The notes beneath the pieces were generated by a model, which did no database searches, was not told the origin of the DNA, and saw nothing but the letters and a program-made list of their open reading frames with translations. Source: the human T2T-CHM13v2.0 reference genome, Homo sapiens. Taken from it: 64,000 nucleotides of DNA. Location: assembly GCF_009914755.1 (NCBI RefSeq), contig NC_060927.1. One strand, 5' to 3'. The position numbers were made by a program, and so were the translations under genes. Shown one piece after another: positions 23,860-39,946 of this stretch. Positions within the stretch are counted from its first letter, which is position 1; each line of letters opens with the position of its first letter.

Positions 23860-25306
23860 TAGGTCATGCAATAGTGTTTTTTCCAAGAATCCAAGGTTAG
23901 TTCAATATCGGAAAATTTATTTACCAATATGACTTACACTGACAAGTTAAAGAAGAAAGACATGTGATTTATCAGTAGGTTCCAAAAGGTTGTTTACAGA
24001 ATCTTAGCCACTGTTCTTAATAAAAATTCTAAGGGCTTTTGGTACCATGTCTGAGTAAGCTACTACATTTAGAGTGCATGTTCTTCTAACAGAAACATCA
24101 AGCATTTCTTTATGAAATATAACCAAGAAATAATTTTCATATATAACTGAGGTTAAAATAATAATCTGGAAATCCTCAGATATGAGAAATTAAGAACCAA
24201 AGCCATAATGCTAAGTGTAGACTGATACCAAAGACTAGTTGAAGGGATTTGAGGCTAATATATAAGCCTTAAAATGCTGGAACGTTGATCCCTGACTCAG
24301 CCTAGTTGAAGGTAAGATCTTAGTTAAGAGCAAAAGAGGAAATAAAAAGGCATGAGGAGAGTAAAGAGATGAAGTAAATAGAATGTGTACTCCAGGAACT
24401 GGAAATAATAGATCAATCAAAAAGATAATATAAGAAAGAACTCATACTGAATAATAGACATGACTTTTTAAAATAAACAAGCTTGATTGGAAAAAGAATC
24501 AAGTTGAACTTCTAGAAGTAAAAATAGAGACCTGGCTGAAGAGAAAACTAGTGACCTAATAGATAAATTTCAGAAAATTACCCTCACAAACCATTGAAAA
24601 GTACTAAGAAGTGTTTAAGAGATGTAAAAAATGGGACATGAATATCCAACAACCTATAATAGGATATCTGGAGAGAAAAATTAAAATACTAGAAGGGGGT
24701 AGAAAGCAATATTTGAAGAGTTGAGAGTTTTCTAAAAATAGAAAAACATGGAACTTAAAATCAAGCATGCACATTAAGTATTGAGCAAAGTCAATTAAAA
24801 AATTCTCACAGAGCGTTATAGTCAGTATAGGAGAAAAATAAATGGAGAGCGCTAACATGTTTATGAATAGAAAGATGTAAAAAGGATGTGAATTTTCATC
24901 AATTTAACCAATACACTTAATTTCAACTGAAAGCTTAGTGGATTTTTTTATGGAACAATACAAAATAGGTCAATATAAACAAAGTTAAAAACAGGTCACA
25001 GAAAAATGTAACTCAAAACAAAGGATTTACATTTAGAGTGTAAGGAGAACTCCAGTCTCTAAAAACAACCTAATAGAAAAATTCCCAGATGGTTCACAGA
25101 AAATTAGAAGTTACCATTAAACATGTAAGACTATCAACCTTAAAAGAGAAAGTTCATTAGAATTACACTAACCTACCATTTTTAATCATTAGAAATCTAA
25201 ATATTTGACAGTGTTTCTGCTGGTGGGGCTGTAGGTAAATGTACTCTTACGTATGTCTGTTGTGAATATAAAAATGACTGCAACCTCCATGGAGGGAAGT
25301 TTAGTA
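23860..25306 (+). mobile_element. Patchwork of old L1M fragments; the last one hosts Tigger1
   Basis: A-rich L1-like sequence ending GGAGGGAAGTTTAGTA at a TA target site; boundaries approximate. Confidence 0.6.
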
Positions 25307-25575
25307 CAGGCACACCTCAGATAATACTGCACATTTGGTTGCAGATCACCACAATAAAGCAGCTATCTCAATAAAGTGAGTCACATGAATTTTTGGTTTC
25401 CCATTGCATATGAAAGTTATGTTTACACTATACGTAGACTATTAAGTGCAATAGCATTATGTCTAAAAAAACAATGTTCATACCTTAATTTAAAAATACA
25501 TGATTGCTTACAAAAAAAAAGTTAAAGATCATCAGAGGCTTCAGTGGGTCGTAATCTTTTCTGGTGGAGGATCTT
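25307..25575 (-). mobile_element. Tigger1 3' terminal fragment
   Basis: TA + TIR CAGGCACACCTCAG; reverse complement matches recalled Tigger1 3' end. Confidence 0.85.
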
Positions 25576-25657
25576 TAAAATATTTTTTATTTCTAATTAT
25601 GGATACATAATATTTGTATTATGTATATTTGTATATTGATGGGTCCGTGTGATACAT
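25576..25657 (-). mobile_element. L1MA extreme 3' tail
   Basis: Reverse complement reads ...CCCATCAATATAC...TATTATGTATCCATAATTAGAAATAAAAAAT. Confidence 0.7.
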
Positions 25658-25939
25658 ATTTTTCTTTCTAAAACTTCTAAGTTTTTCTCTTTTTTTTTTT
25701 TTTTTTGAGACAATCTCACTCTGTCTCCACAGCTTCATATTCACCACTTATATTCTTTATGTTCCTTCCGCTGCTTTTCTTGAACCTCCTGAACAAGTTA
25801 CCTTTGCCTTAAGGTTCTGAAAGAACTATCTAGCAGCAAAGGCTTATCCTTGTTCAAAAACAATTGCAGGCTTAACTAAATTAGTTGAGGCATCTTTAGA
25901 TATTGTAGTAAGCTCACCTTTAAATCTGATGGTACCACG

Positions 25940-26348
25940 TGTATTAGTCTTTTCTTGCACTGCTATAAATACCTGAGACTGGATAATTTATAAAGAAAAG
26001 AGATTTAATTGGCTCCCAGTTCTGCATGGCTGCACAGGAAGCATGGTGGCTGCTTAGCTTCTGGGGAGGCCTCAGGAAATTTACAATCATGGCAGAAGGT
26101 GAAGGGGAAGCCAGCACTTCAGATGGCCAGAAGCAGGAGGGAGGGAGAGAGACGGGGAAGGTGCTACACACTTGTAAACAATCAGATCTCATGAGAACTC
26201 TTATGAGAACAGCACCAGGGGGATGGTGCTAAAGCATTCATGAGAAACTCACCATGATCCAATTACCTCCCACCAGGCCCTACCTCCAGCATTGGGGTTT
26301 ACATTTCAACATGAGATTTGGGCGGGGACACAGATCCAAACCATATCA
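25940..26348 (-). mobile_element. MSTA-like MaLR solo LTR
   Basis: Reverse complement begins TGATATGGTTTGGATCTGTGTCCCC and ends CTAATACA. Confidence 0.88.
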
Positions 26349-26708
26349 ATATGCAATACACTTTTCTCTCCCCTTCTTACAGAAAAATTGGCATATAATA
26401 ATTACTGTTCTACAATCTTGCTTTTATCACTTCAAAATATATTCTGGAAATCACTCTATATCTGTATATAAGTTCTTCATTTCTTTTTACAATTGCAGAG
26501 TACTCCACTGTGTGAGTGGACTCTATTTTATTCACCCAATCCCCTATTGATGAACATTAGTTTCTAGTGTTCTACTACCACAATGATGTTGCAAGTTTTA
26601 TGAATAGGTCATTTTGTATTTCTGTTAGCATAATTTGCAAAACAAACAAAAAAACTACATGTGGGATTACTAGGTCAAAAGATCAGTATATAATTTTGGT
26701 AGATATTA
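26349..26708 (-). mobile_element. L1M fragment (continuation of host L1 that ends at 25306, now inverted)
   Basis: Reverse complement TAATATCTACCAAAATT...GACCTAGTAATCCCAC...CAGTGGAGTACTCTGC follows L1 3' ORF2/UTR order. Confidence 0.75.
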
Positions 26709-28539
<1,831 letters not shown>

Positions 28540-29500
28540 AAAATAGACAAATGGGATCACATCAAGCTAAAAGGCATCTTTACAGCAAAGGAAACAATCA
28601 ACAAAGTGAAGAGACAGTCACAGAATGGAAAAATATTTGCAAACTACCCATCTGCCAAGGAATTAATAATCAGAATATATAATGAGCTTAAGTAATTCAA
28701 TAGGAAAAAAGATCCAATTTTAAAATAGGTGAAAGATTTGAATAGACGTGTTTCAAAAGAAGACATACAAATGGCCAACACATATATGAATAAATGCTCA
28801 ACATCACTAATCAAAGAAATGTACATCGAAACTACAATGAGACATCATCTCACCCCAGTAAAGATAGCTTTTATAAAAAGAACAAGCACCGAGGGATGTT
28901 TGTTCGAGAACATAAAGGGTGACCCTTGTATATTGTTGATGGGAATGTGCGTACAACCACTGGAGAACAGTATAAAGTTTCCTCAAAAAAGCTAAAAATG
29001 GAACTATCATATGATCCAGCAATCCCACTGCTGGGTATATATTTAAAAGAAAGGAAATTAGTATATCAAAGAGATGTCTGCACTCCCATGTTTACTGTAG
29101 CACTATTCACAATAGCCAAGATATGGAATCAACCTAAGTGTCCATCAACAGATGAATGGATAAAGAAAACGTGGTATATATACACAATGGAGTACTATTC
29201 AGCTGTAAAAAAGAATAAAACTCTCATTTGCAACCACATGGATGGAACTGGAGGACATGTTAAGTCAAATAAGCTAGGCACAAAAAGGCTAATATTGCAT
29301 GTTCTCACTCATATGTGGGAGCTGAAAATTAAAAGTTGAACACATGGAGATAGAGTAGAGTGACGGTTACCAGAGGCTGGGAAGGGTAGTGGGGAAGGAG
29401 GTATAAAGAGGGGTTGGTCAATGGGTACAAAGATACAGTTAGATAGAAGGAAAAAGATGTATTGTTCAGCAGCACAATAGGTTGACTATAGGTAACAATA
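28540..29500 (+). mobile_element. 5'-truncated L1MA (ORF2 3' end plus 3'UTR), broken at ~29500
   Basis: ORF2 remnants YDPAIPLLGIY, WNQPKCPSTDEWIKK, YTMEYYSA. Confidence 0.92.
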
Positions 29501-30372
29501 AACGTTAAAACGTAAAAAGTTTCAGGAGGTTTGAGTTTGAATAAACTATTTTGGCTTACTTTGAAAGAGGCCATTTTGGGATTGGTGTTTTGTTTTGAGG
29601 CCTAGACATCAATCAAAGCTGACCATTGAATGCTTGGTATTTTGTCTTTCCACTTTTTTAAGAGTTCCTTTTAAGCATATTATTGTTGACATTTTAAAAG
29701 TCCCATCATGGCTTAGGAAAAAACCAATACTCTTATTATTCAAAGATGATATGATTGCTTAGATAGAAAATTATAAATAATCTGGAGAAAACTTAGATTA
29801 AATTCTGAAACAAAATCAATATACAAATAGATACCAGCCACAAACAAGTAAAAATACCTTTTCCTAAAAGATACTTGTTACAATAGCATTAAAACCATTG
29901 AAATACTTAAGAATAAGTCTAATAAAAGATACACAAAATCCCTACAGAGAAGACTGTGGAACTTTATTTACAATAATTAAAGAAGACCTTAATTGATATG
30001 ATTGTCAGGATTGGATGCCTCAGTGTTGAAAAATACCAGTTTTCCCCAAACTGAACAAATTCAAATAAGGCAAATAAAAATACCAACAGGCTGTGTGTGT
30101 GTGTGTGTGGCTGTGTCTGTGTGTGTGCATAAAACGTGACTAATTGTTTCTAAATTTATGTGGAAATACAAAGGGTCAAGAATAATGAATATGGTTACAG
30201 AAGTGAAAGAATCTGTTTAATCAGATACAAGGTTTATTATAGAGCTGTAGTAATCAAAACAGTGCAGTGCTGGAAGTCTTGGTGTATTAAACCAAGCCGA
30301 CAGCATTATCATTGTAAAATAGTGGGTGAAAAACAGCCTATTCAATAAATGGTGCTGAGAAAAACTGGTATC

Positions 30373-30972
<600 letters not shown>

Positions 30973-31354
30973 AAAAATTGGTATCTTTATTTTAAAAAAG
31001 AAATAAAATCTCTTCTTCACATTTTATGCAGATTTGAATTAAAAGAGAATTATAGATTTAAATATGAAAGGTAAAACTATGAAGATTTTACTAGATAATA
31101 TAGGAGAGTATCTTAATCTGTCTGGGGTTAGAAAAGATTACTTACACATTTTTCCAAAAGTTAATTATAGAAGGCATGATTGATGTCTACATTAAAATTA
31201 AGAACTTCCAGTCATGAAAAGACATCATTAAAAGACAAAGTCACAGAGTAGATGTTCACAATACATGTAAATGACAAAAGGACTCATATCCAGACTATAT
31301 AAAAAACTAAAAAAAAAAAAAGTCAGACATTCCTATAGAAAAACAGGTACTTCA

Positions 31355-31658
<304 letters not shown>

Positions 31659-31987
31659 AAGTGAGGAAATCCAAAAGGCTAAAAAACTTATTTTAAAATG
31701 TTCAATCTAATCCATAATGCAGGATTGCAAATCAGATTCCATTGCACATGCACCATTGTGGCTTAGCACAAATGGAAAGCAAAGAGAAATTTCTTCCTTT
31801 ACGAGATAAGAAGTTGCTGTTGGTAGGAGTGTAAATTGTGTAACTATGTATAAAACACTTGGTCATTAATCAGTAAAGTTTAAGATACGCATACTTTGAA
31901 ACCCAACAATTCTAATCCTCGATATTGCCAGAGAAATTTAGAAATATGAATACTAGGATCCATGTGTAAGAATGTTCATAGTTGTTA

Positions 31988-32344
<357 letters not shown>

Positions 32345-32999
32345 TTATATCAATATTAGAATGGACTAATACACTGTGTTATAATCAAGTTTGTTTTTTC
32401 CCAAATGTTTTACCTGTGTTAATTCAATCTCCACAAGAACCCTATGAGGTAGATATTCTAGGGGATGTTTGCCCTTGAGGCCCTATAAAAATTAGCATCT
32501 TGGGGCACTGCATAGAAATAGTAACACATGTAAGAGTCCCATATTCGAAGGCAGATGAGAATTCTAGATCTTCCCGGGCTTTTGACTTGCCTTGGCCAAA
32601 CCTAACTTCCTTGAGCCTTGTTATCTTCATGGAAGATCTCTACCACGTTATCAAAAATAGTCATCTTGTACCCAAAATGAAACCTCTTGCTTTGCCAAAG
32701 GCCTATCAAGTACCACCATAAATTGGGGTCCCACAGGGAAGAAAGGTATCAAGGGACAGGGGATCCAGGTGGAGAGGCCGTGGGCTCTGCTGAGCTTTTG
32801 AGGCTTCTTGGGGGTGAGTGTGGTGAAGGGAAAGTCAGGGTATGGAGAGCGAGGCTTCTCTGAGGGCTGAGCCAAGCCACACAGGGCCAATCCTTGGGCA
32901 GGCAGACTGGAAAAGTAGGCCTTCTGCTCTTCTGAGTAGCACTCCTGGGGTGTCACAGCATCCTGATAAGTCCAGTGACGCCATTCATAAGATAAGTTT

Positions 33000-33950
33000 A
33001 ATAAGTTTCTAGTCAATAAGTAAAAATCAATTCTATTTCTATACCCCAGAAAAAATCAGAAGCTGTAAAAAAAAAAAAAAGGCAACCATTACAATAGACA
33101 ATAGCAATGAAAAATATGAAATGCTAGAAATAATTCTAACGGAAAATCTGCAAGACTTTTATGGAGAAAATTGAAACCTTCTTAGAACACATTAAATAAG
33201 ATCTAAGTAAATGGAGAATTCTTAGATAGGAATCTCCCAAATTGATTATATATCTTGAATAAAAATTTTAATTTATGAAACTAGCTGATTTTAAAATTCA
33301 CTGCATAGAGCAAAAAGCCAAGGGCAGTTAACATATTCATGAAGAACAGGTGAAATAATTTGCTTTCCCAAATATTAAGGCTTATAAACAGTATCTTATT
33401 TGGTGCAAGGATAAATAAATTGACATATTGATAAGTAAATTGATTTATTGAACAGAAGTCAGTTTGTTATTATATAGAGAAGTTGTACATGACCAAATTT
33501 ATATCCATTCTTACCTAGGGAAACACATGTGCACAAGCAAACATGTGCACAAGAATGTCCGCAGCTGCACTGCTTATAATATTCCCAAATTGAAACAACC
33601 CAAATGTCTATCAATAGGACAATTGATTGACATATAGCCATGAAAATAAATGCTTGCTAACTATATGCAATAACATAATTTTCAGAACATACTGAGTGAA
33701 AAAGCAAATCGGAAAAATATCCATAGCATTGTTCTACCTACATAAAATTTAAAACAAGGAAAATTGAGTTATTTAGGGATAGGTCGCGCTATCACTCTAA
33801 AGATGAATGTGCTATTCCGGATAATAGTAACATCTTGGGGGAATGCGTGTAGGCAGAGAAATGGCGGTCAGGGAGGAGCACAGAGCGGCTGTCTAAGGTA
33901 CTGGAAATTTTTAAGTTCCTAAACAAGATGGGATGTACATGCGTACTATG
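33000..33950 (+). mobile_element. Old L1M fragments
   Basis: AAAAATCAATTCTATTTCTATA, GAAACAACCCAAATGTCTATCAATAGG motifs. Confidence 0.6.
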
Positions 33951-34196
33951 TACACGCTGTACACGTGTACATGCCCTCAAATTAAAATGCACTCTTACCA
34001 TTTATCAGTTTCTTGTAACATTCTGATCTTTCTTCTGGATATTTTATATTGTTTACTAATCTAGTTGTCTATTACCATTACAGTACTAAGTGGCTATTTA
34101 TTTTGTTATTCTCACAACGTGCACTTTATATTTTAAGTTGTGTGTATTATATATTTCAAAGTAGAATTTTTAAAAAATACAATAAAAGTTTCTTTA

Positions 34197-34505
34197 TTTT
34201 CTTCTTTTTTTGAGATGGAGTCTCACTCTGTCACCCAGGCTGGAGTGCAGTGGCGCCATTTTGGCTCACTGCAACCTCCGACTCCCGGGTTCAAACAATT
34301 CCTTGCCTCAGCCTCTGAGTAGCTGGGATTACAGACGCCCGCCACCAAGCCCAGCTAATTTTTTTTTGTGTGTGTATTTTTAGTAGAGACGGGGTTTCAC
34401 CATCTTGGCCAGGCTGGTCTGGAACTCCTGATCTCGTGATCCACCCACCTCGGCCTCCCAAAGTGCTGGGATTACAGGCGTGAGCCACCGCGCCCGTGCC
34501 CGGCC
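34197..34505 (-). mobile_element. Alu (AluSc/Y-like)
   Basis: Dimeric antisense Alu with CTCGTGATCC short variant. Confidence 0.95.
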
Positions 34506-34904
34506 TATTTCTCAAATTACAGAGGTGGGTGGTCCAGGGCTGCTAGGGTTGCTTTGCCATTCTTGACAGACAATTTCCCTTTCAGCATCTGAAATGGCTG
34601 CAGAACTCTTACTCCTGCCTCAGCACTCCACAGAAGGAATGCGACGAAGGGCAAGGAAATGCATGCCCAACTACTTTTTAAAAATCTCAAACTAGAATTT
34701 TTTAAAAGGAAAGATATCATCCAAATAAAATAGCAATAGAGGATAATCACCTAAACATGTAAAGACTTTTTATAACAATGAACAGATAGCACAGTACATA
34801 ATAAAATATTAACACCATTGCATTAGATTAAGAAAACGTTAAATTAACCCTCCATTACCACAACTATTTGGTTTTTAAAATTTTAGCTAAGTCCAATAAT
34901 ACAA

Positions 34905-34985
34905 GAAATTATTAATTAATTAATATAATTTTAAATCAATTAATTATTAATTAAATTATTAATTAATATAATTTTTTAAAAAAGA
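34905..34985. repeat. AT-only low-complexity quasi-palindromic tract
   Basis: Repeated ATTAATTAAT units. Confidence 0.85.
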
Positions 34986-35992
34986 ATAAGCAACAGTGTT
35001 ATTCTTTTGCAGATAATGTGGCTATATATTTCAGAGATTTCCTAAAAATCTCATAGAATTAATATTCGACTGGTTACACAATAGATATACAAAAATCAAA
35101 AGCTTTTCTTCAACATAGAAATATCCAGTTAGCATTTGAAGAAAAAACTTAAACATTTAAAAATGAAAAAAAAATTTTACAGTAGTTCTAAAGTATATGA
35201 TTTGTCCCTTGGGATAAATTTAATAAAAAGGTACAGGTACTATGGAAACCGTCGTTAAAAGTCGAGAATCAATCTTTAATGATTGTAGAGACTGATTTAT
35301 CCTAGATGGGAATACCTAATATTTAAAACAATTTCCCCCAAATTAATATATAAATTCACTGCATTTCCACTTAGAGTCTTACTTTTTGACTTCTCCTTTT
35401 TTTTTTTTTTTTTTTAAACAGGTTGAAATGATTCTAAAGTTTGTAGAGGAAAACAGCTGAGACCAGTCAAAATTCTTTTCTAAATTAATGAGGGAAGACT
35501 TGTCTTCTCAGGTATCAACACCTCAAAGCTACCATAATTAAATCCACGTAGTACGGTAATGGTAATGGAAAACTATATTAGTAAACAATATAAAAATATT
35601 CAGAAGAAAGATCAGAATGTTATGAGAAACTAATAAATGGTAAGAGTGCATTTTAATTTGATGGCTAAGGGTAATTTATTTATAAATATGCTGGCATAAT
35701 GGGCTATCCGTCTGGAAAAAGCAAAATTATATCTACAGTTCATATCATTTTGAAAATAAATTCAGTTTTAAAATATAAAAGTGTAAAATATAGAATGAAA
35801 TTTAGGAAAATATTTTGTAAACTTGATGTGTTAGAAAAACCCAGAAGCAAAAAAGTCAAGATAGTTGTGCTTAACTTCATAAAAATAACTTGTTTTTATA
35901 TGATGAAAAATTCTATATACTCAAAAGATTTTAAAAGACCATAAAAAAATTTTCAAGTCATATGGCAAAGGGCATATATATTGAAAATACTT

Positions 35993-36280
35993 GGCTTGGT
36001 GCAGTGGCTCACACCTGTAATCCCAGGACTTTGTGGGTAGAGGTAGGGGTATCATGTGAGCTCACGAGTTCAAGACCAGCCTGGGCAACATGGAGATACC
36101 CTGTCTCTACAAAAATACAAAAATTAGTAGGGTGTGGTGGCGCACCTGTAGTCCCAGCTATTCAGGAGGCTGAGGTGGAAGAATTGCCTGAGCCAGGGAT
36201 GTCGAGGCTGCAGTGAGCTGAGATTGCACCGCTGCACTCCAGCCTGGGCGATAGAAAGCCTCCCCAACCCCCAAAAAAAC
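35993..36280 (+). mobile_element. AluJ-type
   Basis: Diverged dimeric Alu. Confidence 0.9.
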
Positions 36281-36282
36281 TC

Positions 36283-36422
36283 TTTTTTTTTTTTTTTTTT
36301 AATTTGAGACAGAGTCTCATTCCAGTTGCCCAGGGTGGTCTTGAACTCCCGGACTCAAGCAATCCGCCCTTCTCGGCCTCCCAGAGTGCTGGGATTACAG
36401 ACATGAGCCACTGCACACAGCC
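36283..36422 (-). mobile_element. Alu monomer (FLAM-like), tail-to-tail with preceding Alu
   Basis: Poly-T then reverse-complement left arm. Confidence 0.88.
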
Positions 36423-36569
36423 AGTACCAAGGGATCTTATAAAATTATTTGTGAGGAAAAAAACCAACAAAATTCCAGCAAAATAATGTGTAATGAAGTC
36501 TTTTAAAATTTACTTTTAAATATTAAAAATGATAATAAAATTTACTTTTATTATCATTTAAAATTTTTT

Positions 36570-36800
36570 AGCAGAATAGCATAGGTTGCGTTGAAATAAG
36601 TCTGCCTGGGATTGAATTCCAGCTTCATCCATTTGTAACTAACTGGGTGGCTTTGGATAAATTGCTTCACCTCTTTTTATATCACTTTTGTCTATAAAAT
36701 GGAGGTAATAATAGTGCCTCCCTCATAGGTCGACTGTGAAAATTCCACTTAGAATAGTGCCTGATACCCAACTAGTAGTTAACAAATTATTTATCATTAT
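36570..36800 (+). mobile_element. MIR
   Basis: GAATTCCAGCTTC...CTATAAAATGGAGGTAATAATAGTGCCTCCCTCATAGG. Confidence 0.7.
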
Positions 36801-36999
36801 TATAATTTTTTTAAAAATGAACTGGAGATGATACTAATAGTCCCTTATATCATTGGATACTATGAGAAGTAAAAGAGATGATCTATGTAAAGCATTTAAT
36901 ATGGTACATTGCACACTGGCATGTAGTAATAATGTTAATTATTATTCTTATTGTAAATGTTAATTAGTGTTCTTATTGTTAAAAATTCAAAGTGGCAAT

Positions 37000-38240
37000 A
37001 CTTAGAACATTACGGTACTGGCACCAAAACAAACAAATTAATGGAATAGAATAGAAAGTTTAGAAAGAGACTTAATAATATACAAAAATTAAATTTATGA
37101 CAAAGGTTTTACTTCAAATCATTTTGGAAAGAGAAAACTATAGTATTGATAAATGAGACTCAATTAGCCAACCCTTTGGGGAAAAACAACTTAGATCCAT
37201 ATGTCTCATCAAATACCAGGATAAATTCTAGCTAGATTAGAATTTTTAATGTAAACACTAAAAATACTAGAAAGAAACAAAGGCAAATATTTATATAGTT
37301 TTGGGGAGCCTTTCTAAGCATGGCATCAAGGGCCATAAGTGAAAAAAGATATCCCTGAATATACCAAATAGAGAACTTTCATGTATTTTTGAAAATACAA
37401 AAATATATTTCAGTTGATACTGATTAGCCCCGGGGCTTAAAATTGGATGGAAAAAAAATAAGATTTAGTTATTTTTGAACATACCTATTTTTTATAATGG
37501 AAGAACTAACAAAATAAAAAGTGCTTTAAAGTGCCCCAGACAAAATCAAAAGGCAAATGAAGAGCTGGAAAATATTGGTAACATCCCTAACAGTCAAAGT
37601 CAAATGCCATATTTAATACATAAAGCTGTTGTATCAAGATATAAATATGATGAATGGACAAGTCATTAGCAGGCAGTTCATCAAGAGCTACCAATAAATA
37701 TATGAAGACATTCAACATTACGAGGAAACAAGCAAATACAAAAAAGTAAGATGCTATTTTAAAAATCACATAGGCAGATATCAAAAAGAATGATGCAGCG
37801 TTGTCAAGGGTATGCTTTTACAGAATGCTTGGGCTATAAACATTCTGGTGCATCATTTTATCAGAATCTTTCAACAAAATAAACATATCCTTTAATCCAG
37901 TCAGTCTCCTAGAAACTGATCCTGTGCAAATAGGCAAATGTGTATAGTTGTATTGCAGAGTTGTCAATACAAAAATGTTTTATGTCCTTTAACAGGGAAT
38001 TGGTTATTTAAGTTGTGATACATTCGTGCCATGGAATCTACACAGCCGTTACAAATGACATTGTAAATATAGATTTATAGACCTGGAAAGATGTTCATTA
38101 CCTATTGTTATACAAAGAAAACAGGTTATAAAGTGTTATATAGAATATGGTGACATTTTTGCTAAAAGTAATGCATATAAATAAGAGAAAGTCTAAAGGG
38201 AGATAGACCAAAATTGTAGCAGTTGTTATCTATGAATGGC
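37000..38240 (+). mobile_element. L1M ORF2/3'UTR fragment
   Basis: GGTACTGGCACCAAAAC...AATGGAATAGAATAGA motifs. Confidence 0.65.
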
Positions 38241-38589
38241 ACCAAGGGTGATTTTTAAAAATCTTTCTTCTTTCCTCTATTGTCTGAATTTTAAAATGAT
38301 GAACAGGTTATTTAGCTGTCTATCTATCTATCCATCCATCCATCCATCGCCAGTAGGGGGAGCAGAGAATCTTATGTTGTTGTTTCTGCCTGTCTTTATT
38401 GGTCCCCCAATTACTCTGTAATCCTCTGCTATTTGGCTTCTGTATCTACTTCTCCATGAAAACGAATTTGCCAGAGTTACCAATGACTTCCTGTTTGTCA
38501 AATCTAATAAATACTTTTCGGTTCTCATCTGTTGGACCCTCTGGTTCTGTCTTGTAAACTATTTGCACCTTTTAAAAACACGGTTCTCC

Positions 38590-38885
38590 TTTTTTCTTGA
38601 AACAGAGTCTCACTCTCTTTGCCCAGGCTAAAGTGCAGTGGCGTGAACTCGGCTTACTGCAGCCTCAACTTCCTGGGTTCAAGCCATTCTCCCACCTCAG
38701 CCTCTGCAGTAGTGGGAATTACAGGTGCAGGCCACCACACCTGGATATATTTTGTATTTTTTTTGTAGAGACAGAGTCTTGCCATGTCGCCCAAGCTGGT
38801 CTTGAACTTCTGGGCTCAAGTGATCCACTTGCCTTGGCCTCCCAATGTGCTGGGGGATTACAGGCATGAGCCACCCCTCCCAGCC
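38590..38885 (-). mobile_element. AluJ-type
   Basis: Diverged antisense dimer. Confidence 0.9.
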
Positions 38886-38908
38886 TCTTTTTTCCTTTGA
38901 GTCCTCTG

Positions 38909-39476
38909 TGTGATGGTTAATTTTAGGTGTCAACTTGACTGAATTAAGGAATATCTAGAGAACTGGCAAAGTAGTGTTTTTAGGTGTGTGAGAGGGTGTT
39001 TCCAGGGGCCATTGGCACTTGAGTCAGTGGACTGAGTATAGGAGATCCACCCTCAATGTGTGTAGGCTAAGAGCCCCGATAGAACAAAAAGAGGAAAAGA
39101 TTTAGTCTCTTTCTCTCAGAGCTGGTACACACTCTTCTGCCCTTGGTCATCAGAGCTCCAGGCTTTGGACTGCAAGACCTACACCAGTACCCCCTTCTCC
39201 CTCATCACCACTTCCTGGGTTTCAGACCTTTGACCTTAGACTGCGAATTACAGCATCAGCTTCCGTGATTCTAAAGCTATAGGACTTGGACTGGACTGAA
39301 CCACACTATAGAAATCCCAGGGTCTCCAGTTTGCAGACTGCCAATTCCCCTAAGTCTCTCTCTTTCTCTGTCTCTCTCTCTCTCTTTCCCTCTCTCTCCT
39401 CTCTCTCTAGGTATTCATCCATCCCTCCCTCCATTCATCCTATTGGTCACCTCTCTAGAGAACCCTGTCTAATCCA
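38909..39476 (+). mobile_element. MLT2-type (ERVL) solo LTR with internal (CT)n
   Basis: TGTGATGGTTAATTTTAGGTGTCAACTTGACTG...CTAGAGAACCCTGTCTAATCCA; 4/5 TSD. Confidence 0.85.
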
Positions 39477-39809
39477 CTGTGTCACCACTGTTTTCTCCTA
39501 CATATTGAACCACAACTCAGTGTATTTCACAAAATCTTTTGCCCACCCCTTACCTGCAGATGTTCCCTAAATGTCCATCTTTCCTCTTCATTTCTTTGCA
39601 TCTTACACATTTACACCATGTATATATATGTATGTAAAACTGCCACAGGGCATCGTCCCCTTGATTTAAAAGCACCTCACACTTGCGTGTTCAAAGACCC
39701 ACATACCCTATAAAAGACTCGTATCTAGGATATAGAAAGAACTCCTACAAATCCAAGAGACAAACACCCTTCCTTCATTTCTTCAATACCACTCTCCTTT
39801 AAAAAAATA

Positions 39810-39946
39810 TTATTATTATTATTTTTATGGATACAGGGTCTCACTATGTTGCCAAGGTTGGTGTTGAACTCCTGGGTTCAAGCAACGCCTCCTGCCTCGG
39901 CCTCCCAAAGTGCTAGGATTACAGGCGTGAGCTGCTGTGCCTGGCT
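39810..39946 (-). mobile_element. Alu monomer (FLAM-like)
   Basis: (TAT)n tail plus reverse-complement left arm. Confidence 0.85.
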
